Source: a virus
DNA: 6,021 bases
Strand: one strand, 5' to 3'
Virus record (IMG/VR): IMGVR_UViG_3300045988_004527
Coordinates: 1 to 6,021 of that record
Position numbers and translations under genes: made by a program. A model generated the notes under the pieces. It ran no database searches. It was not told where the DNA came from and worked only from the letters and a program-made list of their open reading frames with translations. Shown here one piece after another: positions 1 through 5,460 of this stretch (within the stretch, counting starts at the first letter, position 1; every line of letters begins with the position of its first letter).

Positions 1-55
1 AATAATCACAACACTATGTGTACAGAGTTGTACAATGAGTTTAAGCGTAGCGAAA
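1..55. repeat. Terminal 55-nt exact duplicate of 5967-6021; circular-genome assembly overlap giving a unit length of 5,966 nt
   Basis: Base-by-base comparison shows 1-55 (aataatcacaacactatgtg...gcgtagcgaaa) is identical to 5967-6021. An ORF reads through the junction without interruption. 55 is a common de Bruijn k-mer length. Confidence 0.9.
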
Positions 56-142
56 AACAATAACAACGCTAGTCAAAAAACCGAACAAACGTCAACATCA
101 AGTATTGACAGTACAAAAATTAATATTAATCCTAAAAAGTAA
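1..142 (+). CDS. 3' part of a junction-spanning 67-aa ORF (start ATG 5905, in frame from base 2, stop TAA 140-142); small lipoprotein-like or membrane protein
   Basis: After circularisation, 5905..6021 plus 56..142 translates to MKITGNQWVEIIRAISTAIIAIITTLCVQSCTMSLSVAKNNNNASQKTEQTSTSSIDSTKININPKK. It is on the same strand and has the same A-rich codon style as its neighbours, and it fills the gap between the 5902 stop and the 149 start. The linear ORF track misses it because it is split. Confidence 0.6.
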   Translation, partial: IITTLCVQSCTMSLSVAKNNNNASQKTEQTSTSSIDSTKININPKK

Positions 143-148
143 AAAAAT

Positions 149-391
149 ATGGAAAAATTATCAGAAGCATTTGTTATAAGACCAACTAACCAAGAAGGGA
201 ATGAATATATGATTACAATCGGAAATCACCTTGCAACAAGGGAAAAATTCCCTACAAGAGAAGCAGCTGAAAAAAGAATCAATCAAACTGATTGGGATCT
301 AGTTGCAGCAATGGTATACGCAATTAAAGAGGCGGATGAATTTGAAAAAAAATTGAAATCAGTAAAAAAATCAATTAATACGGAAAAATAA
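149..391 (+). CDS. Hypothetical small protein (80 aa), function unknown
   Basis: ATG-initiated ORF 6 nt after the upstream stop. Its TAA stop is joined to the VP1 start through the TAATTATG junction. No motif I recognise. Confidence 0.6.
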   Translation: MEKLSEAFVIRPTNQEGNEYMITIGNHLATREKFPTREAAEKRINQTDWDLVAAMVYAIKEADEFEKKLKSVKKSINTEK

Positions 392-393
392 TT

Positions 394-2343
394 ATGGGAA
401 TAGAAAAAAATATTGGTAAAAATACCATAGGTGACAATAATAAAATGAAAGTATACATGCATGACTATAATATGTCAACGCATGATTTAAGTACAATTAC
501 AAGAACATCAATGAGTCCAGGTACACTCGTACCAACAATGAAACTACTTGTACAAAAAGGAGATGTTATCGATATTGATATAGAATCAAATGTATTAACG
601 CATCCAACAGTAGGACCACTATTCGGGAGCTTCAAACTAGAAAACCATCTATATTTTGGAGCATTAAGATTGTACAACAGTTGGCTACACAACAACCGAA
701 CAAAAATCGGATTAGACATGAGCCAAATCAAGCTACCTCTATTAGGATGCACAATAAATAAAACATACGACCAACCAACAACCGAAAATCAATGGACACA
801 AATAAATCCTAGCTGCTTACTAGCATACCTAGGGATAAAAGGTTACGGATCCATAGCATCTAAAACAACAACAAAAGATATATACAAAAATGCAGTACCA
901 ATACTAATGTATTACGATATATTCAAAAACTACTATGCAAACACGCAAGAAAACAAATTTTATATTATCGGAAATACTGAAGAACTAATAGTAACAATCA
1001 ACGGAAAAAGGGTAAATCCAAATGCAATTCAAAGTAACGAAGGTAGAATAAACAACACAGGAATAATAGCCGTAAGTCCAAAAACAATAAAACAAAACGA
1101 ACTACAATTCAAAGTTGCAAAAAATTCAACAACAGGACAAAGTGAAATACTTACACCGGAAAATATAGGTACATGGAAAATATCAGGAGAAATAATAACA
1201 ATAACAACGAACAATGTCCCAGAAGGAGAAACATGGTATATTCGAAGTATACAAACAATAAACAGAACAACTTTGGAATCAATTCCGCTAGAAAATATCG
1301 ATACAATGAGAGATTCAATATTACGAGTAGCGGGAAACACAGCATTTAATATATCAAAAGCTAATGGAGAAAATATACCACCTTTTACAAATTTTGGAAA
1401 AAGGAAACCAGTAAACAACAAACTAAATACAACCGACCCACAGTACGGCTTATGCCTAAAAACTTACAACAGCGACCTATTCCAAAACTGGATCAACACA
1501 GAATGGGTCGAAGGCGTACAAGGAGTAAATGAAATCTCCGCAGTAGACGTATCAGACGGCAAGCTATCTATGGACGCACTAAATTTATCACAAAAAGTCT
1601 ACAATATGCTAAACAGAATTGTGGTAAGTGGAGGAACATACAGAGACTGGCTAGAAACTGTATACACAGGAAGTAACTACTTCGAAAGATGCGAAACACC
1701 AATATTCGAAGGAGGAACAAGCCAAGAAATTGTATTCCAAGAAGTTATCAGTAACTCTGCGTCAGAAGACGAACCATTAGGAACACTTGCAGGTAGAGGT
1801 ATAACAACAAGCAAGCAAAGGGGTGGACACATTAAAATCAAGGTAACAGAACCGGGGTATATTATGTGCATAACATCTATTACGCCAAGAATCGATTACT
1901 CACAAGGAAACGACTGGGATATGGAACTAAAAACTATGGATGACTTACATAAACCAGCACTCGACGGAATCGGATACCAAGACAGTATCAACGGTGAAAG
2001 GGCCTGGTGGGCAGATTATTGGAATGAAAAACCAAATATCAACCAAACATCCGTAGGTAAAACAGTGGCATGGATCAATTACATGACAAATGTAAACCGA
2101 ACATTCGGGAACTTTGCAACAGGAATGAATGAGGAGTTCATGGTACTAAACAGGCAATATAGTCCAAAAATAAACAGTGACGGACATCTCGATATCGAAG
2201 ATTTAACAACCTATATAGACCCTGTAAAATATAACTACATATTTGCAGATACAAACCTAGACGCTATGAACTTTTGGACACAAATTAAATTTGACATTAG
2301 AGCAAGACGTCTCATCAGTGCAAAACAAATTCCTAACTTATAA
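394..2343 (+). CDS. VP1: Microviridae major capsid protein VP1 (phiX174 F homologue), 649 aa, with a large internal insertion
   Basis: Family motifs are present in the expected order. HDLSTITRTSMSPGTLVPT...GDVIDIDIES matches phiX F HDLSHLGFLAG...GDSFEMD. YYDIFKNYYAN matches YLNIYNNYF. YGLCLKTYNSDLFQNW matches YGFRCCHLKNIW. SGGTYRDWLETVY...TPIFEGG matches the gokushovirus RY.E.i..FG...RPEYLGG pattern. GTLAGRG is present, and the C-terminal FWTQIKFDIRARR matches WNSQVKFNVTVYR. Confidence 0.95.
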   Translation: MGIEKNIGKNTIGDNNKMKVYMHDYNMSTHDLSTITRTSMSPGTLVPTMKLLVQKGDVIDIDIESNVLTHPTVGPLFGSFKLENHLYFGALRLYNSWLHNNRTKIGLDMSQIKLPLLGCTINKTYDQPTTENQWTQINPSCLLAYLGIKGYGSIASKTTTKDIYKNAVPILMYYDIFKNYYANTQENKFYIIGNTEELIVTINGKRVNPNAIQSNEGRINNTGIIAVSPKTIKQNELQFKVAKNSTTGQSEILTPENIGTWKISGEIITITTNNVPEGETWYIRSIQTINRTTLESIPLENIDTMRDSILRVAGNTAFNISKANGENIPPFTNFGKRKPVNNKLNTTDPQYGLCLKTYNSDLFQNWINTEWVEGVQGVNEISAVDVSDGKLSMDALNLSQKVYNMLNRIVVSGGTYRDWLETVYTGSNYFERCETPIFEGGTSQEIVFQEVISNSASEDEPLGTLAGRGITTSKQRGGHIKIKVTEPGYIMCITSITPRIDYSQGNDWDMELKTMDDLHKPALDGIGYQDSINGERAWWADYWNEKPNINQTSVGKTVAWINYMTNVNRTFGNFATGMNEEFMVLNRQYSPKINSDGHLDIEDLTTYIDPVKYNYIFADTNLDAMNFWTQIKFDIRARRLISAKQIPNL

Positions 2344-2357
2344 AAATTACAACAATT

Positions 2358-2666
2358 ATGAAACATTCAAGATCAATACCGAATAACGGGAGACTACAAA
2401 GTGTAGAAATATACGAAGGAGAATCCATTGAAGAAAAAGTAGCAAGAATCGTTCAAACAAAAGAGCCGATCACCGACACAGCGCCAATTATCTATACAGA
2501 AAAAAAGGACGGAGTACTACCAGCATACAACATCCGGACAGATAGGTTTGATTTAGCAATTGATGCATACGATAAAATCGACATGGAAAGAATTGCAAAA
2601 AAGAACCAAATCACAGCAGAAGATGTACCAATAAAAACAGAAGGAGGGAGTCCAAGTGAAAACTAA
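2358..2666 (+). CDS. Hypothetical acidic 102-aa protein; possible internal scaffolding (VP3-like) protein by position and composition only
   Basis: ATG ORF 14 nt after the VP1 stop. It is hydrophilic and acidic with a DGVLPAYNIRTDRFDLAIDA segment that loosely recalls the G..d...p.r..D.AE pattern of gokushovirus VP3. The functional call is weak. Confidence 0.65.
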   Translation: MKHSRSIPNNGRLQSVEIYEGESIEEKVARIVQTKEPITDTAPIIYTEKKDGVLPAYNIRTDRFDLAIDAYDKIDMERIAKKNQITAEDVPIKTEGGSPSEN

Positions 2667-2670
2667 ACTG

Positions 2671-2694
2671 TTAACTAGCGAAAACTCGCGTTAA
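2671..2694 (+). other. Stem-loop immediately after the ORF102 stop (TTAAC-ta-GCGA / aaac / TCGC-GTTAA)
   Basis: Hand-paired as 2671-2675 with 2690-2694 and 2678-2681 with 2686-2689, with a 2-nt bulge (2676-2677) and a 4-nt loop. There is no downstream T-run, so it is not a classical intrinsic terminator. Confidence 0.5.
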
Positions 2695-2716
2695 GCCTTG
2701 TAGTGCACCTAGTACG

Positions 2717-2775
2717 CAAAGCAACAAAAGTCATAAAAAAAAGGGTGGAGGGTGGGAGTTTTGTTTAAAGCTTTG
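2717..2775 (+). other. Interrupted 13-bp stem enclosing an A8 tract and a G-run cluster (GGGTGGAGGGTGGGAG, 2743-2758)
   Basis: CAAAGC (2717-2722) pairs with GCTTTG (2770-2775). AACAAAA (2723-2729) pairs with TTTTGTT (2759-2765). There is a 4-nt bulge at 2766-2769. The loop carries G runs of 3, 2, 3 and 3. Confidence 0.45.
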
Positions 2776-2868
2776 ACTAAAGGTACGCACGTACAATATA
2801 TTATCAAGTAATTAGAAAGACGCTTTATAAAAAAAGCGCGAAAATTGTAAAATTAAATTATTTAAAAT

Positions 2869-3897
2869 ATGATAGGATCCATAATAGGAGCAGGCATAGG
2901 ACTAGCCGGAAGCATACTAGGTCGAAAACAACAAAACGAAGACCAAAGAGAAATGATGGAGCTTCAAGCGAAACTAAACCAACAACAAGCCCAATACAAT
3001 CAAGGATTAGCAAAAGACATGTGGAATTATACCTCATTTCCAAACCAAGTCAGAAAGATGAAAGCAGCAGGTCTAAATCCGGCACTACTTTACGGAATGG
3101 GAGGACAAGGAGGAAGCACGACAGGAGCAGGTCAAGCAAGTGGGGTAGGACTAAGTGACGCAAAAGGAATGCAAACAGGTATAGCCATCCAAGGAATGGG
3201 ACTAGAACTCGCAAATCTGGCAAGTCAAATAGATTTAAATAAATCGCAAGCCGAAAAAAATAAAGCAGAAGCAGAAAAAACAGCAGGCGTAGATACAGAA
3301 GCACAAAAAGCTACCATTGACAACCTAATAGCGCAGACTTCAAATGAAAAAACAAAAAAAGGTCTCATCTTAGGACAAATCAGAGTTGCAGATGCAGAAG
3401 AGGAACTCAAACGAAATACTGCCGATTGGACTAAAACCAAAGCCGATGAAACACGCTGGAACATCAAGAGCCTACAAAAGGGAATTGATAAACTAACTGA
3501 AGAAATCAACGGAATGAAACTCGACAACGAGTTAAAAGAACGAACAATCGACAATAAAGTAAGAGAAAGCTCGTTAACACTTCAAAACCTGATGGCTGAA
3601 ATATTACTCAAAGGAAGCCAACAAAAAGTTAATGAAGAGCAAGCAAAAGCAATTCCAGCAGAAATCCTACAAGGATGGGAAAAACTTGTTAAAGAAGGAA
3701 AAGCGCTCATTAACCAAAGAGAACAGATGGAAGCCTATGTACAGGACGTAATAAACAGATACGAACTAGGCAAAAAGGGACTAGACATCGAAGAACAGAA
3801 GCTCGTCAAAGACATTGTACTAGGAATGCTTGAAATAGCTTCAAAAGGAGCAGGGGCAGCAATAGGAGCAAAAGTAGGTAAAACAGGTTTTCAATAA
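2869..3897 (+). CDS. VP2: Microviridae DNA pilot / minor capsid protein VP2 (phiX174 H analogue), 342 aa
   Basis: Gly-rich hydrophobic N-terminus MIGSIIGAGIGLAGSILG. The hallmark VP2 motif NQVRKMKAAGLNPALLYG is followed by a Gly-rich linker. A long charged heptad-like helical region (about aa 110-330) is consistent with a coiled-coil tube. A second Gly-rich C-terminal patch KGAGAAIGAKVG is present. Confidence 0.85.
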   Translation: MIGSIIGAGIGLAGSILGRKQQNEDQREMMELQAKLNQQQAQYNQGLAKDMWNYTSFPNQVRKMKAAGLNPALLYGMGGQGGSTTGAGQASGVGLSDAKGMQTGIAIQGMGLELANLASQIDLNKSQAEKNKAEAEKTAGVDTEAQKATIDNLIAQTSNEKTKKGLILGQIRVADAEEELKRNTADWTKTKADETRWNIKSLQKGIDKLTEEINGMKLDNELKERTIDNKVRESSLTLQNLMAEILLKGSQQKVNEEQAKAIPAEILQGWEKLVKEGKALINQREQMEAYVQDVINRYELGKKGLDIEEQKLVKDIVLGMLEIASKGAGAAIGAKVGKTGFQ

Positions 3898-3899
3898 TT

Positions 3900-4898
3900 A
3901 TGTGTCTATATCCTAAACTCATACTAAACCGGAGGTATCTACCAAACAAAAAAAATGGTGGAGTGCCTCCGGCATGTCCAGACGAAAGACTAAGATATGT
4001 AACAGCAGCATGCGGAGACTGTCTGGAATGCAGGCAACAAAAGCAAAGAGCATGGAAAGTTAGAATGAATGAGGAACTAAGACAAGAGCCAAATGCATAT
4101 TTCCTTACACTAACAATTACAGATGAACACTACGCAATATTAAAAAATAAATACAATTTAGAAAATGATAATGATATAGCAACGAAAGCAATAAGATTAT
4201 GTTTAGAAAGAGTACGAAAGCAAACAGGTAAATCCGTAAAACATTGGTTTATCACAGAATTAGGACACGAGAAAACAGAAAGATTGCATCTACACGGGAT
4301 AGTATGGGGACTAGGAAGCGGAGAAAAGATTACAAATAATTGGAAATACGGAATCACATTCACAGGTTTTTTTGTAAATGAAAAAACAATAAATTACATT
4401 ACTAAATATATGCTAAAAGTAGATGTAGACCATAAAAATTTCAGAGGAAAAGTATTATGTTCCGCAGGACTAGGCAAGGGATATACAGAAAGGGCAGATG
4501 CTCAAAACCACAAATACAAAAAGGGTGAAACAAATGAAAGATACAGAACAAGAACAGGTATAAAGCTTAATCTACCAATATATTACAGAAACAAATTATT
4601 TACAGAAGATGAAAGAGAATTAATATTCCTTGATAAAATAGAAAAAGGAATCATTTATGTAATGGGGCAACCTGTACATAGAGATGATGAAGAATATTAT
4701 TTACAACTATTAGAAGAAGGAAGAAAAACAGAACAAAGACTATATGGAGAAAGGAGAAAAGATTGGGAAAAAATACAATATTTAAACAGATTAAGGAGAC
4801 AAAAGAAAAAACAAGACAAAGATTTGCAAGAATTAGAAATGTATTGGGCAATAAATCAGGCAAAAAAATATACATCATTAGACGAAAGTCCATTTTAA
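3900..4898 (+). CDS. VP4: Rolling-circle replication initiation protein VP4 (phiX174 A homologue; HUH endonuclease), 332 aa
   Basis: N-terminal MCLYPK, then the Cys cluster CGDCLECRQQKQRAWKVR. RCR motif 1 is YFLTLTI. The HUH motif is RLHLHGIVW (His codons from 4287). The catalytic Tyr motif is YITKYMLK (Tyr codons 4395-4397 and 4407-4409). Confidence 0.93.
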   Translation: MCLYPKLILNRRYLPNKKNGGVPPACPDERLRYVTAACGDCLECRQQKQRAWKVRMNEELRQEPNAYFLTLTITDEHYAILKNKYNLENDNDIATKAIRLCLERVRKQTGKSVKHWFITELGHEKTERLHLHGIVWGLGSGEKITNNWKYGITFTGFFVNEKTINYITKYMLKVDVDHKNFRGKVLCSAGLGKGYTERADAQNHKYKKGETNERYRTRTGIKLNLPIYYRNKLFTEDERELIFLDKIEKGIIYVMGQPVHRDDEEYYLQLLEEGRKTEQRLYGERRKDWEKIQYLNRLRRQKKKQDKDLQELEMYWAINQAKKYTSLDESPF

Positions 4899-4922
4899 GG
4901 GCTATATTAATAATTATATTTT
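4899..4922 (+). promoter_or_regulatory. AT-rich segment with a phiX174-origin-like core; candidate + strand nick site (ori) for VP4
   Basis: ATATTAATAA (4904-4913) is an exact 10-mer of the phiX174 gene A protein origin CAACTTG/ATATTAATAACACTATAGACCAC as I recall it. The 22-nt AT-only core is clamped by GGGC (left) and GGGCGTCCGGGCGGGC (right). It starts 1 nt after the VP4 stop. Confidence 0.35.
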
Positions 4923-5221
4923 GGGCGTCCGGGCGGGCTTTACGGCTCAAACATATTTCCGCTTCGCTCCAATACTCGCCTTCAATCCCTGACGCACGCA
5001 ACAAAGTTGCTATTAATTTGCGCTCCGCGCAGAATTTAGGGGTATATAGGGAAGGATGGACAGTGAAAGAGTAAAGGACAGTTTCCTAAGGAACAGTTTT
5101 ATATGAGGGCGTGCACCCGGCAAAAGCCGTGGTGTGCGCCTTCGGCGATATCAAGGAGCTAGACGCTAAGGAGGGCTACGCGCCCTCTATTGCTCCATCG
5201 GCGCTCAAACGGCGCGCATCC
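4921..5221 (+). other. GC-rich, hairpin-dense non-coding island; candidate complementary-strand origin, 3' UTR structure or structured ncRNA
   Basis: Hand count gives 161 G+C in 300 nt. No convincing ORF is present. Hairpins found are 4998-5010, 5015-5036, 5105-5143 (17 pairs, 3 of them G-T/U wobbles), 5170-5188 and 5201-5217. Confidence 0.6.
5058..5099 (+). repeat. Three iteron-like direct repeats: GGACAGT (5058-5064), GGACAGT (5076-5082) and GGAACAGT (5090-5097)
   Basis: Read directly. Copies 2 and 3 extend to AAGGACAGTTT and AAGGAACAGTTT. They lie in a purine-rich tract between the two hairpin clusters. Confidence 0.5.
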
Positions 5222-5253
5222 TTACTATGCAGTATGTTAAATAAATGTTAAAA
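5211..5253 (+). promoter_or_regulatory. dif-like / XerD-arm-like motif with a tandem second half-site; candidate attP for host XerCD
   Basis: GTATGTTAAAT (5232-5242) matches the E. coli dif XerD arm TTATGTTAAAT at 10 of 11 positions. GGCGCGCATCC (5211-5221) matches the XerC arm GGTGCGCATAA at 8 of 11. The spacer is 10 nt rather than 6. A second partial arm AAATGTTAAAA lies at 5243-5253. Confidence 0.3.
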
Positions 5254-5265
5254 GTAACAAGAAAA

Positions 5266-5296
5266 TTTGCAGAATCAAAAAAAACACGTATATTTG
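5266..5296 (+). promoter_or_regulatory. Bacteroidetes-type sigma-A promoter: -33 TTTG (5266-5269), 19-nt spacer, -7 TATATTTG (5289-5296)
   Basis: Exact match to the published Bacteroides/Flavobacterium consensus TTTG-N19-TAnnTTTG. It is the only such match I found near a gene start. It lies about 28 nt upstream of the ATG at 5324, which also has an AGGAGG at 5313-5318. Confidence 0.6.
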
Positions 5297-5323
5297 CAAT
5301 GTAATAAAAACAAGGAGGTAAAT

Positions 5324-5458
5324 ATGATACAAGAAGAATTAAAAGAACTTGAAAACTTACTTTGGAAATCACTAGAGTGTGCAAAAGAATTAAACAAAAA
5401 AGAATTAAAATCAGTAATAGAAGTATTAACATTATTAATCATTAAAATCAATAAATAA
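5324..5458 (+). CDS. Hypothetical 44-aa helical protein, first gene after the promoter
   Basis: I prefer the internal ATG at 5324 (MIQEELKELENLL...) over the track start at 5267, because 5267-5296 is occupied by the promoter and AGGAGG sits 5 nt upstream of 5324. Its stop is joined to the next start by TAATTATG. Confidence 0.5.
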   Translation: MIQEELKELENLLWKSLECAKELNKKELKSVIEVLTLLIIKINK

Positions 5459-5460
5459 TT

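Noticed and set aside
1-55. The terminal direct repeat as a biological feature (LTR, DTR or cos-like end).
   Set aside because: Microviridae genomes are covalently closed circles. An exact 55-nt overlap with an ORF reading through it is the signature of a circular contig from a k=55 assembly.
2312-2318. Hammerhead ribozyme core CUGAUGA on the minus strand (tcatcag on +).
   Set aside because: There is no appropriately placed GAAA box or stems I-III. The adjacent GACGTC cannot form a stem II with a loop. The site lies inside the VP1 coding sequence, so it is a chance 7-mer.
2712-2789. 7-nt direct repeat GTACGCA (2712-2718 and 2783-2789) flanking the stem and G-run element.
   Set aside because: More than one chance 7-mer repeat pair is expected in a 200-nt region, so it is not significant on its own.
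2748-2811. GGAGG followed by a GTG-initiated 19-codon micro-ORF (2752-2811) in the ORF102-VP2 intergenic region.
   Set aside because: There is no spacing between the SD-like sequence and the GTG, and the ORF is very short with no supporting features. The GGAGG is part of the G-run cluster.
4763-5074. TTG-initiated 103-aa + strand ORF overlapping the VP4 3' end and running into the GC island. It has an AGGAG 6 nt upstream and a short hydrophobic stretch (ILRAILIIIFWA), which is superficially like an overprinted phiX E-type lysis gene.
   Set aside because: The start is non-ATG, and the AGGAG is a by-product of Lys/Glu/Arg codons in VP4. The hydrophobic stretch is encoded by the AT-only ori-like block. 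The ORF ends in the middle of the GC island, so it does not explain that composition. It is worth a synonymous-constraint test but is not reportable as a gene.
4945-5210. 8-nt direct repeat GCTCAAAC (4945-4952 and 5203-5210) bracketing the GC island, which would suggest a target-site duplication of an inserted MITE-like element.
   Set aside because: About 0.7 chance 8-mer repeat pairs are expected within a 300-nt stretch. No terminal inverted repeats lie just inside the copies.
5267-5323. N-terminal extension of the 63-aa ORF (track start at 5267).
   Set aside because: The extension would begin inside the -33 element and read through the -7 element of the predicted promoter, so it would not be on the transcript. 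The internal ATG at 5324 has an AGGAGG upstream.
465-5432. Ten minus-strand ORFs in the track: 465-752, 1029-1421, 1151-1345, 1677-1871, 2858-3043, 3050-3304, 3225-3554, 4130-4363, 4651-5004 and 5205-5432.
   Set aside because: All lie antisense to well-supported + strand genes or cross the non-coding island. Their products are Leu/Phe/Ile/Ser-rich low-complexity strings, as expected from reading an A-rich coding strand backwards. Microviridae encode all genes on one strand.
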